From assembly GCA_022340545.1 (NCBI GenBank), contig JAJDNV010000090.1:801-64800 (forward strand): a stretch of 64,000 nucleotides of DNA, written 5' to 3'. This DNA is from Acidobacteriota bacterium. GTDB lineage: Bacteria > Acidobacteriota > Vicinamibacteria > Fen-336. A program made the position numbers and the translations under genes. Below, piece by piece: positions 36,256 to 45,584 of this stretch. The notes under the pieces are model-generated. The model was given only the letters and a program-made list of their open reading frames with translations. It did no database searches and was not told the origin of the DNA. Within the stretch, counting starts at the first letter, position 1. Each line of letters begins with the position of its first letter.

Positions 36256-37212
36256 TCAGCGCCGCCGGACGGCGAGGAAGACGATGCCGCCGGTCTCCTC
36301 AGCAAAGGTGCGGCGGTCGGCGATCTCGCCCTCGGGGAGCCCCCCGGTCAGCGCGAACATCTCGGCGGCGTCGCGGTGGTGGATCTTCCAGTCCATGAAT
36401 GCGTCCATGTAGCCGACGTCCTTGATCCCCTCGAGGAAATTCGTGACGAGAAGGAGGCCCCCGGGTCGGGTGGCCTGGAAGAGGGCGTTCGTGAGGCGGA
36501 CCGCGGCGGGACGCGGCAGCAGGTCGTAGGGCCCGGCCGCGTAGACCAGGTTGAACGTCCCGAGATCGGGGGCGGCGGCGACGAGCTCGTTGACCGTGCT
36601 CTCCTTGATCTCGACCCCGAACGGACCCCACTTCTCCCGCACGACCCGCAGACTGTCGGCATCGCGATCCACGGCGAGGAACCGCTCGATTCGCCGGTTC
36701 CGGACGGCCTCACTGAGGGCGGCCTCGCGGAGGTGCCCGCAGCCGATCGTCATGACGTGCGTCTCGCGGCGGGTGTCGGAGGCCTGGTCGATCATCTTGG
36801 CCAGGATCTCCTTGCGCCGGCGGAGCGCGGTGGCCGCCATTCCCGCGCTGGTGTACCTGTAAATCTCCTGCCCGAGCGGGGTGGCCTCGTCGACGTAGGG
36901 TCGGACACCATCCTCCCCGTAGAAGAGATCGAGGAGCACGGCATCTCCGGGGAAGCCCCGCGGCTTGAAGTAGGCCCGCTCGGTCAGGGGGTCCTGGTGA
37001 ACCAGAAACCGAACCGGGTGTCCCACGCAGTCGACCCGGCAGAAGGCGTCCCAGTCGTCCCCGCTCGCCCGGCGGCGCATCTCGGCCAGGCTGTTGACGA
37101 GATGGTCCATCTCCTCGTAAACGCGGGCCTCGCTGGAGAAGGCGTCGTAGGCCCGGTCCAAAATGGCCCGACCCTGGGTCGCGTCTGCCACGATGTCCTC
37201 GAAGGGCCTCAT
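36256..37212 (-). CDS. Class I SAM-dependent methyltransferase
   Basis: From ATG 37212 (MRPFEDIVADA...). Motif I-like VMTIGCGHLRE, motif post-I FLAVDRDADS, and LLLVTNF downstream. Confidence 0.7.
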   Translation of the reverse strand: MRPFEDIVADATQGRAILDRAYDAFSSEARVYEEMDHLVNSLAEMRRRASGDDWDAFCRVDCVGHPVRFLVHQDPLTERAYFKPRGFPGDAVLLDLFYGEDGVRPYVDEATPLGQEIYRYTSAGMAATALRRRKEILAKMIDQASDTRRETHVMTIGCGHLREAALSEAVRNRRIERFLAVDRDADSLRVVREKWGPFGVEIKESTVNELVAAAPDLGTFNLVYAAGPYDLLPRPAAVRLTNALFQATRPGGLLLVTNFLEGIKDVGYMDAFMDWKIHHRDAAEMFALTGGLPEGEIADRRTFAEETGGIVFLAVRRR

Positions 37213-37304
37213 TGTAGACCGGTTGGGTCGGTGCGGACGGGTATTTCGCGTGCCCCACCCCGGATCGGGCAAACCGGAGACGAATTGGCGGGCGTCCGTG
37301 GCCT

Positions 37305-37360
37305 ATCTCAAGCATTTTCCTCCCCCTACGTGGGGAGGGATAGGGTGGGGGGTCATTGAA
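37305..37360 (+). repeat. Structured intergenic repeat, short form, copy 2 of 4
   Basis: GCCTATCTCAAGCATTTTCCTCCCCCTACGTGGGGAGGGATAGGGTGGGGGGTC. Lacks the 5' hairpin module and the ~120-bp internal module. Confidence 0.75.
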
Positions 37361-37369
37361 TAGCCAGGT

Positions 37370-37813
37370 CTACCGCACGACCTCGAGCCGCACCTTGCCC
37401 GTGCCGGGCCCAATGAGGCCGATGGCCCTGGCGGTGCCGCGGGAGACGTCGATCACTCTCCCTTTGTAGGCGGGGAAGCGGTCGTTGATGGTCACGACCG
37501 TGCTCTTCCCGGTCGAAAGCAACGTCACCTTCACCCGGGTGCCGAACGCCCAGTAGGGGTGGGCGGCGGTCATGGCGTCCTGGTTGTACCTCTCCCCGCT
37601 CGCCGTCGTCTTGCCGTGGAAGCCCGGCCCATACCAGGAGGCGATCCCCTCCGCAATCGTGCCCACCGCCGGGGCCTCAGGAGGCGGGAACTTGTAGGCC
37701 TTCGGGTCGGGATGGCGCGAGCACGCCCAGAACGTGCCCAGCATTGCCAGCACTGCGAGGGCGGCGGAGATATGGAGGCGCCGGACCGAAGCGGTCGGGG
37801 TCTGCCGTTGCAT
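37370..37813 (-). CDS. rlpA: RlpA-like double-psi beta-barrel (septal ring lytic transglycosylase RlpA family) lipoprotein
   Basis: From ATG 37813 (MQRQTPTASVRRLHISAALAVLAMLGTFWACS: lipobox-like). ASWYGPGFHGKTTASGERYN...HPYWAFGTRVKVT matches the DPBB/RlpA signature. The ATG overlaps the pyk stop (TGATG). Confidence 0.75.
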   Translation of the reverse strand: MQRQTPTASVRRLHISAALAVLAMLGTFWACSRHPDPKAYKFPPPEAPAVGTIAEGIASWYGPGFHGKTTASGERYNQDAMTAAHPYWAFGTRVKVTLLSTGKSTVVTINDRFPAYKGRVIDVSRGTARAIGLIGPGTGKVRLEVVR

Positions 37814-39231
37814 CACGACACCTCGTGCACCCGGAGCATGTTGGTGGCGGCGGCCACGTGCGAGTGGCCGGAGAGTATCAGGACCGTGTCCCCGCCCTTG
37901 ACCAGCCCCCGGGCCCGCAGACGCTCCTCCCCTCTGGCCAGGAGCTCGTCGCTGCTCTGCGCGGACTCCGCCCGCACCGGGACAACGCCCCACCAGAGTG
38001 CGAGCTGGTGGTAGACCCGCTCGTCACCGGTCACCGCGACCACCGGGACGCGCGGACGGAAGCCGGAGACGAGCCGGGCAGTGTTTCCCGATTCGGTAAA
38101 CGCGACGATCAGCTCGCAGCCGAGCTCCTGGGCCACCGAGGCCGCGACCCGGGCCAGGCTCCGCGCGACCCGCGAGCCCGGGCCCCGGGGGGCGTGGTCG
38201 GTGGCCACCGACGCGGCGTGCTCTTCGGTGTAGTCCGCGATCCGGGCCATCGTCGCAACTGCCTGGACCGGGAAGCGGCCCACCGCGCTCTCGCCCGAGA
38301 GCATCACCGCGTCCGTTCCGTCGAGGATGGCGTTGGCCACGTCGGAGGCCTCGGCACGGGTGGGACGGGGGTTGTCGATCATGCTCTCCAGCATCTGGGT
38401 CGCGGTGATGACCACGCGGCCCGCGGTGTTGGCGGCGGCGATGATCTTCTTCTGGACGGTCGGGACCTCCTCGGTGCCGATCTCCACCCCGAGGTCGCCC
38501 CGAGCCACCATCACCCCGTCGGCGATCTCCAGGATGGCGGCCAGGTTCTCCACTGCCTCCGGCTTCTCGATCTTGGCGATCACCGGCACGTCGTGGTCGA
38601 GCTCGAAGGTCCTGATGAGTGCCTTGATCTCCTCGATGTCGGCGGCCTCACGGACGAACGAGAGAGCCACGTAGTCGACGCCCTGCTCCAGGCCGAAGGC
38701 GAGATCCCGACGGTCCTTCTCGGTCAAGGCGGGGACGGACATCTTGATCCCGGGAAGGTTCATGCCCTTGTGGGACCGGAGCGGCCCGCCGTCCACGACC
38801 GCGCACTCGACACGACCCTGCGAGGCCTCGATCACCCGCAGCTCCAGGTTCCCGTCGTCGAGGAGGATCCGGTCACCCTCCTTCACGTCGAGGGGAAGGA
38901 CGTCGTAGGTCGTCGAGATCAGCTCCGGTGTGCCTTCGACCGATTCGTCGGTGGTGATGGCCACGCGAGCCCCGTCGCGGAGCTCGATCTCGCCTCCGGC
39001 CACCCGGCCGGTCCGGATCTTCGGCCCCGACAGGTCCTGGAGGAGCGCCAGCGGCTGGCCCAGTTGCGCCTCGATCTCACGAGCGGCTTTCACGACCCGG
39101 GCGTGTTCCTCGTGCGTCCCGTGGGAGAAGTTGAGGCGGAGCACGTTGACGCCGGCCTCGACGAGGTGCTCGAGCACTCGACGGTCCCGCGAGGCGGGAC
39201 CGATGGTAGCGACGATCTTCGTGCGGCGCAT
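37813..39231 (-). CDS. pyk: Pyruvate kinase
   Basis: From ATG 39231 (MRRTKIVATIGPAS...), with NFSHG, MVARGDLG and the full PK fold; about 472 aa. Confidence 0.9.
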   Translation of the reverse strand: MRRTKIVATIGPASRDRRVLEHLVEAGVNVLRLNFSHGTHEEHARVVKAAREIEAQLGQPLALLQDLSGPKIRTGRVAGGEIELRDGARVAITTDESVEGTPELISTTYDVLPLDVKEGDRILLDDGNLELRVIEASQGRVECAVVDGGPLRSHKGMNLPGIKMSVPALTEKDRRDLAFGLEQGVDYVALSFVREAADIEEIKALIRTFELDHDVPVIAKIEKPEAVENLAAILEIADGVMVARGDLGVEIGTEEVPTVQKKIIAAANTAGRVVITATQMLESMIDNPRPTRAEASDVANAILDGTDAVMLSGESAVGRFPVQAVATMARIADYTEEHAASVATDHAPRGPGSRVARSLARVAASVAQELGCELIVAFTESGNTARLVSGFRPRVPVVAVTGDERVYHQLALWWGVVPVRAESAQSSDELLARGEERLRARGLVKGGDTVLILSGHSHVAAATNMLRVHEVS

Positions 39232-39277
39232 GGGTCCCGCCGAGTATACGGCAGTGCGGCTGGCCATCAGGCCGAGA

Positions 39278-39485
39278 CTCGCCCGCGTGTCCCTTCCTTG
39301 GGGACCCGCGGGTGGACGGGGCCTATCTCAAGACGCCTCGCGGCCTGTGGGAGGCGACGCTGGCGCGTCGCAGCGTACACTCGGGGTCGACGCTCGTCTC
39401 GCCAGCTCGACTTCGCGTCCCCCGAGCCCCCTCCGTGGGGAGGGATAGGGTGGGGGGTCGATGAACGATTGTGGCCGCTGAGCGT
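39278..39485 (+). repeat. Structured intergenic repeat, long form, copy 3 of 4; lies between the divergent pyk and nuoA
   Basis: Near-identical module order to copy 1. It shares its 3' tail (GATGAaCGATTGTGGCCGC) with copy 4. Confidence 0.8.
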
Positions 39486-39641
39486 AGAACTCTCTCTCCT
39501 CACGGGGCTTGCGTGTCCTCGGGGCGTTTGACACCCCGCGAGGCCGGAAGCTATATTCCGGCGTCGATCACCATCTGCCGTCGCCGCCGTTCTTCAATCG
39601 TTAGACCAGGACCCTTCGCCCGACCGCCAGACGCTCCGATC

Positions 39642-39992
39642 ATGCCCAGCTACCTTCCGATCGTGATCCTGGGGGCGATCGCCCTGGGCTTCGGTGTCTT
39701 CGTGCTGGCGGCCTCCCACATCATCGGGCGCCCTCGCCCCGACGCCCGGAAGCTGTCCACCTACGAGTGCGGCATGCCGCCGGTCGGGACCGCCCGCGAG
39801 CGGTTTCCGATCAAGTTCTACCTCGTGTGCATGCTCTTCATCCTCTTCGACGTGGAGACCGCGTTCTTCTATCCGTGGGCGCTCGTCATGGACACGCTGG
39901 GGATCTACGGTCTGATGGCCATGGGGACATTCTTCCTCGTCCTGGCCGTGGGCTTCGTCTACGAGTGGAAGGTCGGAGCGATGGACTGGTAG
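39642..39992 (+). CDS. nuoA: NADH-quinone oxidoreductase subunit A
   Basis: 116 aa, three TM helices; ...STYECGMPPVG...FDVETAFFYPWA matches the NuoA/ND3 signature. Confidence 0.85.
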   Translation: MPSYLPIVILGAIALGFGVFVLAASHIIGRPRPDARKLSTYECGMPPVGTARERFPIKFYLVCMLFILFDVETAFFYPWALVMDTLGIYGLMAMGTFFLVLAVGFVYEWKVGAMDW

Positions 39993-39996
39993 CGGC

Positions 39997-41817
39997 ATGG
40001 AGCTCACCCCCGACAACCTGAAGGCCTTCGAAGAGATCGTCGCCCGCTACCCCGTCAAGCGCTCCGCCCTCCTGCCGACGTTGCGGCTCGTGCAGGAGCA
40101 GGAGGGCTGGATCAGCCGCGAGGCGATGGAGTACATCGCGAAGCTCCTGGACCTCAGTCCGGCCCAGGTGAAGGACACCGCCAGCTTCTACACGATGTTC
40201 CATCTCGAGCCGAAGGGGAAGACGGTCATCGAGGTGTGCACGACGCTCTCCTGTGCCCTCGGCGGGGCGGAGAAGCTGCTCGGGCACACGTGCAGGAAGC
40301 TCGGGATCGAGCCCGGGGGCACGACCGCGGACGGTAGGTTCACGGTCAAAGAGGTGGAGTGCCTCGCCGCCTGCGGGGGCGCTCCCGCGGTCCAGGTGAA
40401 CGGGGAGTGGCTCGAGCACGCCACCGAGGCCGACCTCGATCGGGTGCTGGCCGGGGAGACCGTGCGCCGGACCTTCGAGTGGCCGAAGAGCCCGGGCGAG
40501 CACCTACTCTTCCAGAACGTCTGGAAGGAGAACTCCACCTCGATCGACGTCTACAAGGCCTCCGGTGGCTACGCGAAGCTCGGCGAGTGGCTGAGGTTCG
40601 AGCCCGAGATCCTCATCGAGGAGGTCAAGAAGTCGAACCTGCGCGGCCGCGGCGGCGCAGGGTTCCCGACCGGGATGAAGTGGGGGTTTCTTCCCAAGGA
40701 GAGCCCCAGGCCCCGGTACATGTGTGTCAACGCCGACGAGAGCGAGCCCGGGACCTACAAGGACCGGGTCATCATCGAGCGCGATCCCCACCGCCTGATC
40801 GAGTCGATCGTGGTGTCCTGCCATGCGATCCGATCGAAGACCGCCTACATCTACATCCGCGGCGAGTTCCATGAGGGCGCGCGAACGCTCGAGAAGGCCC
40901 TGGCCGAGGCGAGGGCGGCGGGCTACGTCGGCAAGGACATCCTGGGCACCGGCATCGACGTCGATATCTGGGTCCACCGCGGCGCCGGCTCCTACGAGTG
41001 CGGGGAGGAGACGGCCCTCATCGAGTCGCTCGAGGGGAGGCGGGGCCAGCCCCGCATCAAGCCCCCGTTCCCGGCGGTGGTGGGGGTGTACGGCTGCCCG
41101 ACGATCGTGAACAACGTCGAGACCCTGGTCAACGTGCCGCTCATCCTCGAGCGCGGAGCGGAGTGGTTCGCAAGCTACGGCACCGAGAAGAACGGCGGAC
41201 CCAAGCTCTACTCGATCAGCGGTCACGTCGTCCGTCCTGGCAGCTACGAGGCCCCGATGGGGCGGATCACACTGCGTGACCTCATCTACGGCGAGGGGTA
41301 TGCGCAGGGGATCAAGGACGGCCGCAAGCTCAAGGCGGTCGTCCCCGGGGGCTCCTCGACGCCCGTCCTCACCGCGGACGAAATCGACATCGCGATGGAC
41401 TTCGACGGCGTGGCCAAGGCGGGATCGATGCTCGGCTCCGCTGGCACCGTCGTGATGGACGACTCGACCTGCATGGTGTGGATGGCGAAGAACCTCATCT
41501 ACTTCTACAAGCACGAGTCCTGCGGCAAGTGCTCCCCCTGCCGGGAGGGGACGGGCTGGATGTTGCGGCTCCTCGAGCGCATCGAGGCGGGGGAGGCCCA
41601 GGAGAAGGACCTGGATCTCCTCTGGAAGGTCACGGACTCGATCTCGGGCAAGACCGTGTGCCCGTTCGGCGACGCCGCGATCGCCCCGCCCCAGTCGACG
41701 CTCCAGAAGTTCCGTGAGGAGTTCGAGTACCACGTCCGCGAGGGACGCTGCTGGAAGTCGGTGGCGCCCACCTTTGAAGAGGCGAAGGCGAAGTCGGGCA
41801 GGGCGGTGTCTGCGTGA
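39997..41817 (+). CDS. nuoEF: NADH-quinone oxidoreductase fused subunits E and F (NuoE-NuoF fusion)
   Basis: The N-terminal ~160 aa carry the NuoE thioredoxin-like 2Fe-2S cysteines (CTTLSC...ECLAACGGAP). The remainder is NuoF: GRGGAGFPTGMKW FMN/NADH site and ESCGKCSPCREG 4Fe-4S. It follows nuoA directly with no nuoB/C/D between. Confidence 0.85.
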   Translation: MELTPDNLKAFEEIVARYPVKRSALLPTLRLVQEQEGWISREAMEYIAKLLDLSPAQVKDTASFYTMFHLEPKGKTVIEVCTTLSCALGGAEKLLGHTCRKLGIEPGGTTADGRFTVKEVECLAACGGAPAVQVNGEWLEHATEADLDRVLAGETVRRTFEWPKSPGEHLLFQNVWKENSTSIDVYKASGGYAKLGEWLRFEPEILIEEVKKSNLRGRGGAGFPTGMKWGFLPKESPRPRYMCVNADESEPGTYKDRVIIERDPHRLIESIVVSCHAIRSKTAYIYIRGEFHEGARTLEKALAEARAAGYVGKDILGTGIDVDIWVHRGAGSYECGEETALIESLEGRRGQPRIKPPFPAVVGVYGCPTIVNNVETLVNVPLILERGAEWFASYGTEKNGGPKLYSISGHVVRPGSYEAPMGRITLRDLIYGEGYAQGIKDGRKLKAVVPGGSSTPVLTADEIDIAMDFDGVAKAGSMLGSAGTVVMDDSTCMVWMAKNLIYFYKHESCGKCSPCREGTGWMLRLLERIEAGEAQEKDLDLLWKVTDSISGKTVCPFGDAAIAPPQSTLQKFREEFEYHVREGRCWKSVAPTFEEAKAKSGRAVSA

Positions 41818-42857
41818 CGCCCCTCGCCGAGGAGCTGCTCGTCACGTTCGTCAAGATCGTGATCGTCGTGGGGGCGCTCCTGGGTGGTTTCTCCGTCATG
41901 ACCTGGGTGGAGCGGCGGAGCCTCGCCTTCATGCAATACCGCCTCGGCCCCAACCGGACCGGGCCTTTCGGGATCCTCCAGCCCATCGCCGACGGCATCA
42001 AGCTGTTCTTCAAGGAAGAGGTGATGCCGGTCGCTGCGAACAAGTGGACCTTCCTCGCCGCCCCGGTGGTCGCGGTGGCGACGGCGCTCTTGGCGACGGC
42101 GGTGATCCCCTACGGGCCGCCCTTCGAGGCGTTCGGAAGGACCCTGCAGATCCAGATTGCCGACATCGAGGTGGGGCTCCTCTTCATCTTTGCCGTCACC
42201 GCCCTCGGCGTCTACGGGGTCGTCCTGGCCGGCTGGGCGGCCAACAACAAGTACTCGCTCCTCGGCGGGCTCCGCTCCTCGGCCCAGATGTTCTCGTACG
42301 AGCTGGCGCTGGGCTTCTCGTGGGTCACCCTGATCCTTGCCGCGCGCTCCTTCCGGATCAATGACATCGTGGACACCCAGGCGGGCGGATTCTGGCACTG
42401 GAACGTCGTCGTGCACTTCCCGGCCTTCATCGTCTACTTCCTGGCCGCCACCGCCGAGGTGGCCCGGATCCCGTTCGACCTCCCGGAGGGTGAGAGCGAG
42501 ATCGTGGCCGGATTCCACACCGAGTATGCGTCCATGCGGTTCGCCCTCATCCAGATGGCCGAGTACATCAACATGATCACGGTGACCGTTCTCCTCGCGA
42601 ACCTCTTCTTCGGGGGCTGGCACTCCGGCGTCCCGGGGATGCCGGAGAGCCTGGGTGGCTTCCCGCTGGGCTTCGTGTGGTGGGGCCTCAAGGTGGCCTT
42701 CTTCCTCTTCGTCTTCATCTGGCTTCGGGGGACGCTGCCGCGCTTCCGCTACGATCAGCTCATGCAGTTCGGCTGGAAGGTCCTGATCCCGGTGGCCGCG
42801 GTCTGGGTCATGACCTTCGCGGTCCTGTGGGTCGTCGTCGGTGGTGGTCCGCGATGA
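41814..42857 (+). CDS. nuoH: NADH-quinone oxidoreductase subunit H
   Basis: 347 aa polytopic with the ND1 signature (...AEYINM..., RYDQLM). GTG start overlaps the nuoEF stop (GTGA). Confidence 0.9.
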   Translation: MTPLAEELLVTFVKIVIVVGALLGGFSVMTWVERRSLAFMQYRLGPNRTGPFGILQPIADGIKLFFKEEVMPVAANKWTFLAAPVVAVATALLATAVIPYGPPFEAFGRTLQIQIADIEVGLLFIFAVTALGVYGVVLAGWAANNKYSLLGGLRSSAQMFSYELALGFSWVTLILAARSFRINDIVDTQAGGFWHWNVVVHFPAFIVYFLAATAEVARIPFDLPEGESEIVAGFHTEYASMRFALIQMAEYINMITVTVLLANLFFGGWHSGVPGMPESLGGFPLGFVWWGLKVAFFLFVFIWLRGTLPRFRYDQLMQFGWKVLIPVAAVWVMTFAVLWVVVGGGPR

Positions 42858-43351
42858 TGATCGACGCCGTCCTCTTCTACGTCTTCGCCGCCATCGCGGT
42901 CGCGTCGGCCGTGGTCGTCATTGGCCAGCGCAACCCCATGTACTCGGCCTTTGCCCTGGTGGTGACGCTGTGCTCGGTCGCCGTCATCTTCGGCCTGCTC
43001 GGCTCCCCGTTCATCGCCGTTCTGCAGGTGATCGTGTACGCGGGCGCGATCATGGTCCTCTTCCTGTTCGTGCTGATGCTCCTCAACGTGAAGCGCGAGA
43101 AGGACTCGCCGAGCAGGGGCCAGCGCACCCTCAGCGGGGTTGCCCTCGCCCTGGTGACGGTGCTGGTTCTCCAGGCGGGGGCCGTCCTGCTCCGCTCGAG
43201 GCCGACCCCGGCCCCGGACTACGACGCCTCGACCTTCGAGATGGCGAAGATCCTCTTCTCGCCGCACTTCCTCTACGCCTTCGAGGCGACCTCCATCCTC
43301 ATCCTCGCCGCCCTGGTGGGAGCGGTGGTGCTGGCGAAGAAGGAGCTCTAG
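42854..43351 (+). CDS. nuoJ: NADH-quinone oxidoreductase subunit J
   Basis: 165 aa ND6-like from ATG 42854, overlapping the nuoH stop as ATGA. No nuoI lies between nuoH and nuoJ. Confidence 0.85.
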   Translation: MMIDAVLFYVFAAIAVASAVVVIGQRNPMYSAFALVVTLCSVAVIFGLLGSPFIAVLQVIVYAGAIMVLFLFVLMLLNVKREKDSPSRGQRTLSGVALALVTVLVLQAGAVLLRSRPTPAPDYDASTFEMAKILFSPHFLYAFEATSILILAALVGAVVLAKKEL

Positions 43352-43355
43352 CGCG

Positions 43356-43667
43356 ATGGAGAACCCCGCCTTCGTGCACCACGCCGTCGTGCTGAGCCTC
43401 ATCCTCTTCGCCCTCGGCACCCTCGGTGTCTTCCTGCGCCGCAACGTCATCACCGTGCTCATGTGCGTCGAGCTGATGCTGAACGGCGTCAACCTGGCCT
43501 TCGTGGCCTTCAGCCGGGCCCAGGGTACGCTCGACGGCCAGGTCCTAGTGTTCTTCGTGATGGTGGTGGCGGCGGCGGAGGCCGCAGTCGGGCTGGCCAT
43601 CGTCATCGCCCTCCACCGGCACCGGGACACGCTGGACCTGGACGCCTTCAACCTCATGAAGGGATAG
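43356..43667 (+). CDS. nuoK: NADH-quinone oxidoreductase subunit K
   Basis: 103 aa, ND4L signature ([17 protein letters not shown]). Confidence 0.85.
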   Translation: MENPAFVHHAVVLSLILFALGTLGVFLRRNVITVLMCVELMLNGVNLAFVAFSRAQGTLDGQVLVFFVMVVAAAEAAVGLAIVIALHRHRDTLDLDAFNLMKG

Positions 43668-43670
43668 GTC

Positions 43671-45584
43671 GTGCTCGACGATCCACTGCTCAAGATCCTG
43701 CCCTTCGCCATCCTGCTCCTGCCCCTCGGCGGGTTCGTCGTTCTCGCCCTCTTTGGCGACTGGATCAAGCGGGACAAGGAGGAGACGGGCGCCGCCTGGC
43801 TCGCCTGCGCCACCGTAATCATCTCCTTCGGCCTCGCGGCCTGGACGACGGTGCGGCTCTACGGCCTGGTGGCGGGCGAGGGCGGGCTCCGGTTCTTCCA
43901 GCCGTACCTCGGTTATGAGTGGATGGAGGCGGGCGGGTTCAGCGTGCCCTACAGCCTCCTGGTGGATCCCCTCTCCTGCGTGATGATGCTGGTGGTCACC
44001 GGGGTGGGCTCTCTCATCCACGTCTACTCGGTGGGCTACATGGCCCACGACGAGGACCGGGTCCCCTACTTCTCGTATCTGAACCTCTTCACCTTCTTCA
44101 TGCTGCTGCTCGTGCTGGGCGGCAACCTCCCGCTGATGTTCGTCGGCTGGGAGGGGGTGGGGCTGTGCTCCTACCTCCTCATCGGGTTCTGGTACCGCAA
44201 GGACAGCGCCGCCGCCGCCGGCCTCAAGGCGTTCATCGTCAACCGGATCGGCGACGCGGGGCTCATCCTGGGCATGATCTTCGTCTTCCACGCCTTCGGG
44301 AGCCTCGACCTGGTGGACATCGCCGACAACGCGGGGTCGCTGGCCCCCGAGGGCCTGTGGGAGTTCGGGCCGGCGACGATCGCCGCCCTCCTTCTCTTCG
44401 TCGGCGCCACCGGGAAGAGCGCCCAGATCCCCCTCCACGTGTGGCTGCCTGATGCCATGGAGGGCCCCACGCCGGTCTCCGCCCTCATCCACGCCGCCAC
44501 CATGGTGACCGCGGGCGTCTACATGGTGGCGCGCCTCGGGCCGCTCTACCACGTCTCGGAGACCGCGATGATGACGGTCGCGGTCGTCGGCGCGGTGACG
44601 GCCCTCATGGCCGCGACCATCGCCCTCGTCCAGACCGACATCAAGCGGGTGCTGGCCTACTCCACGGTGAGCCAGCTCGGCTACATGTTCCTGGCCTGTG
44701 GGGTGGGGGCGTTCGGGGTCGGCATCTTCCACCTCTACACCCACGCCTTCTTCAAGGCGCTCCTCTTCCTCGGCTCGGGCTCCGTGATCCACGCGATGTC
44801 GGGGGAGCAGGACATGCAGAGGATGGGCGGCCTCCGAAAGAGAATCCCCTGGACCTTCTGGACGTTCCTCGCGGGAACGCTCGCAATCGCCGGGATCCCC
44901 TTCTTCGCCGGCTTCTTCAGCAAGGACGAGATCCTCGCCGCGGCCCTGGGCCACCCCGTGCTCCTCGGGATCGGTCTCTTCACCGCGCTCCTGACCGCCT
45001 TCTATATGGCCCGTCTGCTCTTCCTGACGTTCTTCGGGGATTTCCGCGGAGGGGAGGAGGCCGAGCACCACCTGCACGAGTCGCCGTGGGTCATGCTTGT
45101 GCCGCTCATCCTGCTCGCCATCGGCTCCGCCGCGGGGGGCTTCGTCAAGATCCCGGAGATCGTCCAGCCCGTCTTCCGCCTGGGCCACGGGCATATCCCC
45201 CACGTGGCGTGGCTCCCGGTAGCGGCCACGCTCAGCGCGATCGCCGGCATCCTCGGCGCCTACTATCTCTACCTGGCGATGCCCGAGCTGCGGGCGGGGC
45301 TCGCCTCCACGTTCCGGCCCGCCCTCCGCGTCTTCGCCGCCAAGTACTACTGGGATGACGTCTATAACGGTTTCGTCCGGCGGGTGGTCGTGAGGGGCAG
45401 TGACCTGGTGCTCTGGCAGGGCGTCGACAACCGCGTGGTCGACGGTGCGGTCAACCGGACCGCCACCATCACCGGGGCGCTCGCCGAGATGCTTCGCCCC
45501 CTGCAGACCGGCTTCGTGCGGCAATACGCGCTACTCATCCTCGCCGGGGCGGTCGCGCTCCTCGGGTACCTCCTCTGGCCATGA
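43671..45584 (+). CDS. nuoL: NADH-quinone oxidoreductase subunit L
   Basis: 637 aa ND5-like antiporter subunit, GTG start. Confidence 0.9.
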   Translation: MLDDPLLKILPFAILLLPLGGFVVLALFGDWIKRDKEETGAAWLACATVIISFGLAAWTTVRLYGLVAGEGGLRFFQPYLGYEWMEAGGFSVPYSLLVDPLSCVMMLVVTGVGSLIHVYSVGYMAHDEDRVPYFSYLNLFTFFMLLLVLGGNLPLMFVGWEGVGLCSYLLIGFWYRKDSAAAAGLKAFIVNRIGDAGLILGMIFVFHAFGSLDLVDIADNAGSLAPEGLWEFGPATIAALLLFVGATGKSAQIPLHVWLPDAMEGPTPVSALIHAATMVTAGVYMVARLGPLYHVSETAMMTVAVVGAVTALMAATIALVQTDIKRVLAYSTVSQLGYMFLACGVGAFGVGIFHLYTHAFFKALLFLGSGSVIHAMSGEQDMQRMGGLRKRIPWTFWTFLAGTLAIAGIPFFAGFFSKDEILAAALGHPVLLGIGLFTALLTAFYMARLLFLTFFGDFRGGEEAEHHLHESPWVMLVPLILLAIGSAAGGFVKIPEIVQPVFRLGHGHIPHVAWLPVAATLSAIAGILGAYYLYLAMPELRAGLASTFRPALRVFAAKYYWDDVYNGFVRRVVVRGSDLVLWQGVDNRVVDGAVNRTATITGALAEMLRPLQTGFVRQYALLILAGAVALLGYLLWP

